A stretch of 33,896 nt of DNA, taken from NCBI GenBank assembly GCA_003614675.1, contig ML002401.1:1-33896 (forward strand), written 5' to 3'. The stretch's first letter is position 1. Each line of letters starts with the position of its first letter. This document shows, piece by piece, positions 22,830 through 32,927 of this stretch. The notes below the pieces were generated by a model that was given only the letters and a program-made list of their open reading frames with translations, did not search any database and was not told the origin of the DNA. Source of the DNA: Dimargaris cristalligena (Eukaryota). Position numbers and translations under genes: made by a program.

Positions 22830-25800
22830 ATACACGCCTGTCTATGTCACCTGGCCACGCTCCAAACTTTCCATTGTCGCCTGTCGTCGCTATTTCGTTG
22901 ACATTGTCCAGGGCTATCTAAATTCATCAGTGCCGTTTTGATATATATGATCGCGTTTATTTTTAAATGGTGAGCTTTTTTTTCACACCTATTCCATTTA
23001 ATTGCTGAAGATGACCTGGTTATATATATATATACTCTCATTATATCACTATAATGATTCGCTATATGAACTTTTAATCTTATTACAGTTTGGTTGAATA
23101 TGAGGCCCTGATCTGTACAGGCGGTTGTCCAAAAACGTATTTACCCGAAGGAGGGGGGATAGGGCAAAGGGCCCTCAGCTCCCAATTTACACCTGTAGTG
23201 GGGTGAAGGAGTACGTTTCACAAGGCGGGGAGGAGCAGGGGGAGTCATGGTAAGGGCGTTGGGGGGTTATGGCGCCGGTGCCTGAATATCGGGAAGGGTC
23301 AAATTATTGGAACCGAGTGAATGGTGCGAACTAGGCCGGAAAACCAGTTGAAGCGAGGGAGGGGGTGGCATTTAGTGCCTGACAGGGCAAGGAGGAGGTG
23401 GTGGAGTTGATGGTTGGTATGAAGATTGGGGGTTGTGCGACATGTGGCGGAGGGCCAGCGGTTGAAGTAGGAGGAAGCCCTTGGATAATTAGGCCCAATG
23501 CCTTGATTGCTCTACGGTCCCGCTTCGCCAACTCATGTTCGTATAAAATAACCACACGAACAGTTCTATTCAGCTCGTGCCAGTCCGGTTATTGATTTAG
23601 CCATACTTAACTGTAACTCTAAGCTACTGTAATGCCATAGTCCTTTAGTAGATTACAATAGTTAAAATCGCGTATATTTTTACGATGGAAAACAATAATG
23701 ATGCATGAAACGCAGTATCCTCATTAGATTTTTATGGAAAGAGGGAGGGGGGTGGGGGCATTAGGTTGTATTGAAATGGTGGCTGATATCCGCTCGGTGG
23801 GGGGAAGTGTGAGGAGGGGAGGGAGGTGGTATGGAGGCTGTTGAATAGCCGAGTTCCCGACTGATTAACCCGCCGAAAGTTTCATGGTATTTAGTACCAT
23901 ATCTATCTGGACCATGGCATTATCCTCACATGACGCACCTAGCCTCTATTTTGCTAGCCGGCAGACCTTTGTAACGGTTACAGCAGGGGTGTAAGGTTCA
24001 ACAAAGTGCGACTTGGGCTTCCAATGGCGAGCGAGGGAAACTGAAAGAGAGTGGGGAGAAGGTGGGTTAGGGATTACTTCTTCCAAACCTGGCGGGGGAG
24101 GGTAGCTGGGGATATTGGAAAATAGGCAAACGAGGGAATATTATAGAGCGTCGGATAGAAGAAGGGTTACACTCATATGCAGTGGTCGGTAATGGCTGTG
24201 GGGAGATTTGGCATCAAGTACCTTTAAAACGTTCATCGACCGGCTAATTATCGAGGGAGCTGGTATGCTACTCATTGATATCCTGCGTATGGTTCGAGTG
24301 GTGCGGTTGCTGGAGCTAAGTATGGTATTTTCTATATGTAAAAGAAAATACGCCTAGTCTAATGTAACCACAGGAATGGCATCCCGTTCGCTAATACCTT
24401 TAACGAAGAATAATCTCCATGTTCTATGCCTAATGTCGTGTACTGCCAAAGGACAATGGCCTTTGCCGATCTATTCAACCGGCCGTAGGCCTTGGGGTTA
24501 CATGGTGTAACCATGGCTCCTATGGACCCTTGCCTAGACAATGGCCCTTATCTAGTCGCGGGACATGGTCCCTAGTTGGTGCAACTGTTGGCTTTCCGTA
24601 ACAGAAGAGTGCGAGGTTGATATACACGGGCTCTTACTCATACCCCTTTTCCTTCCTTCATTCTCTCTTTACTATCACCCTGCACTCTCTGGATATTAAA
24701 CCGATTATGACCGGCCGTGTGGATCGATGGTAAAGCCAATCAATGCGGTTCTGTTACATCGTGGTGATTCGGCCTACTGTTTAGCATGTCCCCGTACGGT
24801 TTCCTTGAAGCATAGGCCTGGGAGGGGGGCATGTGGCCCGGTTCCCTAAAAAAAAAGTATTTGCCGTTTCAGTTTCGGGTGGCTTGTGGTGCCCTCCATT
24901 CCTTCCTGGCTCATATGACTGACCCACTTTCGGTTGACAATCAGCCACGCCTGACAGACGGTCCCCACCTACCGATAGATTAAATTCAATTTAAATTGGA
25001 AATGTTGACCCCACTTTGGCTGACACCGTTAGGCAGGGTTTGGCGAACTAAGTGTAAGAGCATGGAATACATATAAACCTTCAAGCACTCTTGATCGTAT
25101 CATAGGAAACATACATACCTTTTTGATAAGCGTATATAATGATTCGGACATATACTGGCCAAAATAGAAAATGTAATAACAAAAATCGGCTGTTCGTTTA
25201 ACTTGCACGGCTCGTCAGTTCAGTGCATTCCTTTAGTACGTAAATCAGTCCACCCTACGATATTTTGATCATTCGCAGGCCAGCTATGCACACTGGATCT
25301 GGTATATGTAGATGAAAAATGTATTCGAGTATCCCTTGGGCGTGTCTGGTATTCTTATCAATTGGCCTATACGGCACTCTGACTCTGACAGGGAAGTTCG
25401 ATTCTGGGATGCCAGGCTGAAAGGTTGACGGCTATTCTCGATGGCTCCTATTTCCTGACCGTTAACCAGGGGGTAAAAATTACTTTTGAGATTTTCTTTG
25501 GCTCATTGCAAACTGCTTATAGCCACTACTTATCAACGTATAACGGTATACGAACTTCAGCTCCTCTTACATTTGGTCCCTAGTTACAGGGTTCCAAGGA
25601 CATGGTTACATCTATGACCTCTGGGAATATTTCAAAGAAACCCGTATACACTAATATTTAACGTATACCCTTATCACATGGGTTGCATTGCCAGGCTATT
25701 GGGGTTCTCATTATCTCATTGAGGTGCCGTGGTCAGGTACATTACGGGGCATAGGGTAGGCTTAATCCGCTTGGCCTTCATTCTTTAGTCCGTAAATCAC

Positions 25801-28288
25801 CCCTCCGCCCCTCCCTCTGCACACAATGTTATGGGGTAGGGAACTGTTAGGTCACCCCTCAAAAACCGCGACTAGACGCAACAATGTCTCAATATAATTA
25901 TTGTTCGAGTATTTACAAGAGCTCTACATATCGTTAACATTCACAAACCCAGGGATATAAATGATGTAATTAAATAATAGGATTGTATTTTTAGAATCCC
26001 TTGGGTCGTGAGGAAGACATGAGTGGCTAAAGGATGTCCGAAAGCTCCAGTTACATGAGTGGTGTTAGGGATTAAGAGGCTGGGGTCGTTAAGTCTTCCT
26101 TGCCAAAGCCCAGCGTTCCCATCTATGCAAATTACTACAGTTTCCCTTGTGATTGTACACCGTTGGTCCGCCTTAGTGCTCAAGTATCCATGTGCACATA
26201 TTTATCTCACCGAAATACTCTGTTTTTTTCAACCAAGCTGAGAATGCCAAAACAATAATAGTCGGGGTAGAGGTAGTCCCGATGAATAGTTCTACCCATG
26301 GCTTGGAAGATGTGCTTGGGTTTCACAAAGTAAGTCACGGCTCGGAGGGTTAAAATATGGGACGTTTTTATTTTTGGATAATAAATGGAAGTGGCCCTAC
26401 GATTTACTTGGTGTCGAATAAATCGGGTAACAAGGCGGGAGTACATGATAACTAGTCCGGACTACTTGCAGAATTCGTATATGTTAATTTGCTTTAAGGG
26501 AACACCGCCATGTGGATAGGTTAGGTAGATCATATTGAGGCATGTTAAGGGGGTCATGTCGGACATGACCAATAGTGGCTTAAAAGATGAGGACCAAGTA
26601 TAGTTCGGGGCGAACGGGTAGTGCTACGGGTGTTGGCTGCTTGAGGTATGGTCCGTATCGGAGTCTAAGGCCTAAAAGCCACAGCCACAGCCATAACCGA
26701 CAGGATAGTATTATTGGGTACCATTGGATTCATTGGTGGATGTAGGAAATAGGCTCATAGGCCACTCTCCTCATCTTCCTCCCTTTTCAATTAAAAGGTT
26801 AGTTATTGCCCTGCTTCTCGCCTCAAACCCGCTTTATTTTTCCGGCATCGCAGCGCTCCCTATTTCCGGCCCTTAGCTGCATAACTGTATAATTAAGCCA
26901 GGGGACCATTCGACCCTTGCTCGCTAAGTGGCTGTGTATAAAGGGTGCACAAGCGTTACCGCAGAATAGGGCACCCTTTGCAACTTACCAATCAGTACCA
27001 GGTCTGCTACTACAGTGGGTACAACCACTGCGCCCATAGTTACTATCACTAGGGACTGTCCCAATTAGCGACCCAAAGAAGGAATAAAGCCCTATAATTA
27101 AAAGCAAGGATTCGGCCATTGGCTCTCAAAGCAGTTTAAGTTAGAGGAATAAACATAAATTATACCTAATGCCTCGAATGCCCATATCCCGAAAACGAGG
27201 GGAAAACAAAAGTGGTTGATGTAAGTTGTAGAGTCACATGGAGGAAATAACAGGGTGCCTTCGATAAAGGCAGGCAAATTTATGGCATAGTTGGGCAGAA
27301 ACTAGACCTAAACCCAGCCCCGACATACCTGATACAACCTACAGACTATTCATCAGGGCAAGAAAGGAGGAAAACACAGCTAAGTCCGAATGCTCATAAA
27401 CATTGTTGGCTGGAGAGATACAGGCCGGGCGCACTGTGTCTGGGAAAAAGCACGGGTGGCTCGTTTTGAGCTCGAAGACGAGTAAAACAAAAGGACGCCA
27501 TCATCCGGCGGTCTAAGACAGTATAGATTGGCCCTGTTGACTAGTGATTTGTGTGCCACCTTTAGCATCATTTGGCCGTGTTAGCCGATGGCCCTTCCAT
27601 CTACCCGTTTACTAGACAGACTATCCATACCAACGCCCATGGCCTTCAAAATTATGACTTTAATACATACAGATGTTATGTAGCTATAGAAAAGTAGAAA
27701 CACCACAGTAATTCTTAACTGTCCATTATTCACCTCATATGTATAAAATTGCAGAGAACATGCGCGATTGTAAAGCAATAATTTTTGGAACACACCCGAG
27801 TGGATGTCTCGCTATAGACAACTATACTGGGATATTTTAGGAAAGTAAGTTAGCCGCTTAAATGGTAGCGGAAGAAAAAATAAAAGTGAACAGTGGGAAA
27901 AGAGGATAAAGGGCCAGGGTGGTACACAATGTACGGCGGGAGCACTCGTACGAGCCCATGGGTCAAGCCAAGTTGGCCTTCTTTCCGTTCTTTGCCGCGT
28001 AAAACATCATTGGCCTGGGGGGATTAAGAGCTGGCTTTCGACGGTAGTAATGTAATCACGGCCGCGATATGAGTGCAACCCAGCCGGTAGGGCGAATGCC
28101 ACTTTACGACTCATCCCGGCGGTTGTACGCCCTAACTATTTCCGTTGATATTATCCTCGAGACCCTCTCCGTCCCGTAGAGTGCCAAAACCAGAGACAGT
28201 GACTTCAGCCTGCACATCTTGGCCTGGTCCCATTATGCTGGACAGGTTGGCGTATCCACCTCGCTTTGCATCTGGTGGACTCATTACC

Positions 28289-28295
28289 TATAAAA
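28289..28295 (+). promoter_or_regulatory. Putative TATA box of the secreted repeat-protein gene
   Basis: TATAAAA followed ~25-60 nt later by a C/T/A-rich initiator-like tract (TCATCATCACCATTCATCA), about 375 nt upstream of the ATG at 28671. Confidence 0.5.
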
Positions 28296-28670
28296 CCCCC
28301 CTGGTCGCCTCCCCAGTCTACAGAATCATCATCACCATTCATCACAGCCTTCTCCAGTCTCTCGACTAGCGCAGGCTAACCGTCCACCTCTATTTCGTGC
28401 TTTGCATCTCCATTAGTATTGAATTAGCTAGTATCCCCACACCTCTTTCACGTTTTATGCCCACTCCTGTTTTAACTCCCTTGACGATTATTTTCCACGT
28501 GCTTTAATTATCAACCACCCTGCGCCTGATACCGAGATTGCCAATTACTGCTCAGCGATTCCACTGGTCGACTGCCTTGACTGCATCTCATTAAATTGTC
28601 CGATTTCCTGTGCACCATTTAACTGTTGCCCACCGCCCCTTCCGACCCGTTCCTCTTTTACTTTCCAAAA

Positions 28671-31163
28671 ATGCTGCGCACTGGTATCACCATCTTCCTG
28701 CTCGCCACCCTGGCCCGCGCCAATGAGCAGCGCTTCCAGCGCGAAGAGGCTATCCTCGACACCACCCCCGGCGCCCACGCTGCCGACGTAAATGCCCACC
28801 GCTTCCAGCGTGAGGAAGCCATTTATGATGCCGACCATTTCGTCGATGGTCATAACATCTTCGAAGAGGACTGGGCCACTGAGACCCAGAACATTGCCAA
28901 CATCCCCGGTCACGCCACCTACAGCCGCCAATGGAACAACCGCCAAGGCAACCAGGGTCTGTACCGTTCGAATGTGCTCCCCATTGACCTCAACCGCCAT
29001 CAGCGCGGTACCAGTGGTTCCCATGCGCAGACTGAGAACCGCCATCTGGAGCAGCAGACCGGTGACCATGCTCAGACCCAGGTCGGCATCGATAGCCAGA
29101 CCCAGACTGATAACCACGCTCAGACTCAGACCGATAGCCATGCCCAGAACCAGACTGAAAGCCACAACAAAAACCAGACCGAAAATCATGCGCAAACCCA
29201 GAACACGCATGCCATGAATGCCAACCCTGATGAGCCAGGTCGCTGCGGTGTCTTTGAGTCCAACGGTCAGACCACGACTCGCAAGTGCAAGCCCAACCAC
29301 TACTGCACCACCTGGCAGTACTGCTGGCCCGACGGTTCGGAGCACGAAGCACTGGCCAATTACCGCCAATTCACCGAGGGTCATACTTCGGGTCCCAGCC
29401 ACAAGCGCTCCATTACCCACGAACTCCCCGCCGACGATGGCCGCTATTACGTGGTCAACAACAAGGAGGATTGCACCCCCCGCATGTACTACTGTGGTAA
29501 GGAACATCAGTGCAATACCGAGGAGGAGTGCCTGAAGATTATTGACGAGAAGAAATGCCCCGAGTACAACCACCTGTCTTTCAAGAAGAACGTCTTCGAC
29601 CCGGCCACGACCGCCCACACTCAGACTGGGAACCATGCCGAGCAGCCCCACCAGCAACCCGGCCATGGCACTTCCACCCAAACCGAGACCCACACCGAGC
29701 AGCCCCACCAGCAGCCCGGCCACAACACCACTACTCAGACCGAGCACAAGACTGAGATTAAGGAGGAGCCTTGCGAGGAACCCGCCACTACCACCCACCC
29801 TCAGACTGAGAACCATGTCGAGCAGCCCCGCCAGCAGCCCGGTCATGGTACCTCCACTCAGACCGGGACCCACACCGAGCAGCAGCCCCACCAGAAGCCC
29901 GGCCATAGTGTCACTACTCAGACTGAGAACAAGACTGAGACTAAGGAGGAGCCTTGCGATGAGCCCAAGAAGTCCACTACCCACACTCAGGTCGAGAATC
30001 ACACCGAGCAGCCCCACCAACAGCCCAGCCATAGCACCGGTACCCAGACTGGGGCTAAGAAGGAGCCTTGCGAGGAGCCCGCCACTACCACCCACACCCA
30101 GACCGAAAACCATGCTGAGCAGCCCCACCAGCATCCCGGCCATAACACCGGTACTCAGACTGAGACCGAGACTGTAAACAAGACCGAGGCTAAGAAGGAG
30201 CCTTGTGAAGAGCCCAAGAAGTCCACCACCCACACCACTGAGAAACCCCGTGAGCAGCCCGGCCATAGCATTGCTACTCAGACCAAGCCCGTTACGCCAA
30301 TCACCGCCAACTCCCAGCACGACTGCAAGGAGGGCAACTGCCGCGAAACCATCACCACTATCAAGACCGTCATCACCCGTGACTGCAGCAAGCCCTGCCA
30401 TGAAGGCCCTTGCAACGAGCCATGCCACGATGCCACCAACCCCGCTCACCAGGAAAAGACCACCACTGCCCCCCATAAGACCCAGACTGAGCATAAGGAA
30501 AACAAGCCAGTGACTCCCGCCCCGAACCACCAGAACACCGCTACCTCGTCCAAACCCGTCCTGACCGAAACTCAGATTGAAGAGGTTGCTGAGAAGGCCG
30601 GGAAGAAGTGCTCTGATGTGTGCGAGTACACCCCCAAGGACTACATCCACCGCATTCGTTACACCAACGTTTCGGATCGTCTGATTCACGGTTCGGTCGA
30701 GCACGGTCCCTGCGGCGCCTGCATTGATGAGCACGTCCGAGACGTCGCCGAGCTGGCCCACCATGAGGTCGGCCAGACCAGCACCTTGTCGGCTTCCAAC
30801 CACTCCACCATTCCCGTTAGCTCCGATATCCAAAAGATGTTGAACGAATGCCGGGAGATGACGATTGGCAACCCCGAGAAAGCCACCATCCATTTTGATC
30901 AGGTTACGATTAACACCGTTGTGAAGGCCCTGGAGGCCCTGCGCCGCAAGCGCGAGGTGGGTGAGACTACCATGACCCCCGCCGAGAAGGAGCAGGCTGA
31001 TGTGGATATCGCTGGCGTCGAGACCCTCTTGAACGAGCTTCTCGCTCACAATAAATGGCTGGCTGACAACGCCGCTGCCGCCCCAACCCACGTCCAAGTC
31101 CCTTCGACTCTGTCCGAGAAGGCCCAGGGTAAACAGCCCATGAACGCTGCCACCCAACACTAA
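28671..31163 (+). CDS. Secreted modular His/Gln/Thr/Cys-rich repeat protein of unknown family, 830 aa, intronless
   Basis: aaaATG start and signal-peptide-like MLRTGITIFLLATLARA. Very strong C/G-ending codon bias. Internal peptide repeats and several Cys clusters are present. The C-terminus is hydrophilic, with no TM or GPI-type tail. Confidence 0.9.
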   Translation: MLRTGITIFLLATLARANEQRFQREEAILDTTPGAHAADVNAHRFQREEAIYDADHFVDGHNIFEEDWATETQNIANIPGHATYSRQWNNRQGNQGLYRSNVLPIDLNRHQRGTSGSHAQTENRHLEQQTGDHAQTQVGIDSQTQTDNHAQTQTDSHAQNQTESHNKNQTENHAQTQNTHAMNANPDEPGRCGVFESNGQTTTRKCKPNHYCTTWQYCWPDGSEHEALANYRQFTEGHTSGPSHKRSITHELPADDGRYYVVNNKEDCTPRMYYCGKEHQCNTEEECLKIIDEKKCPEYNHLSFKKNVFDPATTAHTQTGNHAEQPHQQPGHGTSTQTETHTEQPHQQPGHNTTTQTEHKTEIKEEPCEEPATTTHPQTENHVEQPRQQPGHGTSTQTGTHTEQQPHQKPGHSVTTQTENKTETKEEPCDEPKKSTTHTQVENHTEQPHQQPSHSTGTQTGAKKEPCEEPATTTHTQTENHAEQPHQHPGHNTGTQTETETVNKTEAKKEPCEEPKKSTTHTTEKPREQPGHSIATQTKPVTPITANSQHDCKEGNCRETITTIKTVITRDCSKPCHEGPCNEPCHDATNPAHQEKTTTAPHKTQTEHKENKPVTPAPNHQNTATSSKPVLTETQIEEVAEKAGKKCSDVCEYTPKDYIHRIRYTNVSDRLIHGSVEHGPCGACIDEHVRDVAELAHHEVGQTSTLSASNHSTIPVSSDIQKMLNECREMTIGNPEKATIHFDQVTINTVVKALEALRRKREVGETTMTPAEKEQADVDIAGVETLLNELLAHNKWLADNAAAAPTHVQVPSTLSEKAQGKQPMNAATQH
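29604..30285 (+). repeat. Coding tandem repeat array: 7 x EQPHQQPGH-type and 4 x EPC[E/D]EP-type units joined by TQT-rich linkers
   Basis: Recurrent GAGCAGCCCCACCAGCA.CCCGGCCA and AAGGAG(GAG)CCTTG.GA nucleotide blocks are visible. Confidence 0.9.
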
Positions 31164-31767
31164 ATGGTTAATTCCAGTATACATTTACGTAGAAAGCCGA
31201 TTCTATTAAAATCAACCTCTTCCCATCGGCTATTTCTCATGGCTGAGTCAGCCGGTCTATAATTGCTTGGACCAGCGGATGTCACCTTTTGCATTCGTCT
31301 TTTTTATACTATAAATTATACGTGGATTGATCAGTTTGGCGAGTTTGGCCAGTTGAGATACTATCTTTATTTTTAATTTCTGTAATTTTCTCTTTATTTA
31401 CAGCCTTGGTGGGCACGATTATGACTATTAGCTATTACATCATAAACATTTCACGACTAAAGAATGAGAAATATTATTATATATATTATAGAAAGGGTGG
31501 GTGGTATTGATAATTGATATTGTCTGGACAATATCATAATAATTATCACTATAGCCAGAGTTACAACAATATTGGGAATCTGGTTTAGTTGAGACAATGG
31601 TAAGCAATAATAATAACTTTGATAAATCCAAAATAAATTACTAGAGCAATCCTTTTTTTTGGGGGGGGGAGGGTGACTTTCCTATGGTCTGCCCTGATTT
31701 TATCTTATATTGATTTTTGGTACAATAAAGAGAAAAATAATAATTATAAGCACATTATACCTATAAT

Positions 31768-32927
31768 ATGGAATGTTACCTGAGTTAACTACTCTTAGTC
31801 CAACAAGAGTCTTAGGGGTAGGCTTCTAGTGGTCAAATGGGGCTTGGACTTGGCTAAGCAGGTCCTAGCATTAGGCTAGGGGCACATTACTAATTAATAA
31901 AGGATAAGTACAGGTATATGCAAGGAATGTGTAGTGGGCATACTTATTAGTTAGTATGAAGGGGTGCATATTGGCCCTCCTAATCCAACCTAATCCGACT
32001 AGATGATTACCCAATATATCAGGCCTTATAGTGCCATATTGAACCCCCTGTGGTCACCTCCAGTACTATGGGGACATCAAGTACCATATATAACTAACCT
32101 GGCTGCACTCCCTGGTGTTTGCACTAATTACTCCACCAGCAATCCAAGGTCTCTTCCTGTTCCCATGGAAGTCTTCCCAATACACAGACTACCTAGCCAG
32201 ATTACTTATCAATAGCTTAGTTATACAGTCCCTCCCTTTGGGACCTCCTATTAGAGTAGTCCCCCATGAATATATAACTGGGCCCCATTGGGACTGGTTA
32301 GAACCCTTAGCTTATTCATATCCCCCTAGTTTACTCCCAATAAACACTCATATTTGCTCATCCCCTTGTACTGACCAGTAAGTGTGCACTGCTGCATGTC
32401 CCTTGCATAGTGATCTGCACTTACTTTATTTAGTTAGTACTGCACCCTCCCTAATGCTAGTCACCCATTTAGCTGAGTCTAAGCCCCACCTACAGTTAGA
32501 AGCCTATCCCTAAGACTCTTAATGGACTAAGACTGGTTTACTTGGGCAATAGTACACATATATAGAGTTTATTACAGGTAAACTATGGGGGTAAGAATAA
32601 GCTAAGGAACCAAACCAGCCTATAGTAGGGCCCAATTATATATACATAGGGACAGCTCCAGAGGGAGGTCCAAGGGGAGATACTACTAACTAAATATAAA
32701 TAAATAGTCTGGCTGGATGGCTTCATATCTGGAAGACTCTTATGGGAGCTGGAAGAATCTTTGGATCAGCTAGTTGAGTGTTTAGTATGAAGTGTTGGGG
32801 CTGGAAGAGGAAGGGTTATATAATAAATAATGATCCCATAATACCGGGAGTGGCTATGGCACTATAAGGCCTAATAAGGGTAGACAATTATTAAGTCTAG
32901 ATTTAAGTCAGATTAGGAGGGCCAATA
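31768..32927. mobile_element. Degenerate non-coding repeat with two interleaved inverted-repeat pairs (A ~31768-31966, B ~31969-32352, A' ~32359-32556, B' ~32557-32927); probable transposon relic
   Basis: Exact reverse-complement anchors for A/A': 31793-31802/32523-32532, 31805-31817/32508-32520, 31865-31875/32450-32460. For B/B': 31969-31985/32911-32927, 32021-32038/32855-32872, 32305-32317/32595-32607. The repeats are certain; the mobile-element interpretation is inferred from the structure and the CpG loss. Confidence 0.6.

Noticed and set aside
24300..27800. Short 60-80 aa ORFs in the long intergenic region
   Set aside because: No codon bias, motif or consistent splice model was found.
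29090..30285. Many TQT motifs resembling dynein light chain LC8-binding sites
   Set aside because: The protein has a signal peptide and disulfide-type Cys modules, so it is unlikely to meet cytosolic LC8.
29604..30285. Regularly recurring nucleotide repeats considered as a CRISPR-like array
   Set aside because: Eukaryotic context, the repeats are in-frame coding units, and the intervening sequences are themselves homologous.
28545..31184. 879-aa antisense ORF covering the secreted protein gene
   Set aside because: Shadow ORF. The sense gene's codon bias avoids TTA/CTA/TCA, so the in-register antisense frame lacks stops. The L/G/V repeats simply mirror the Q/P/T/H codons.
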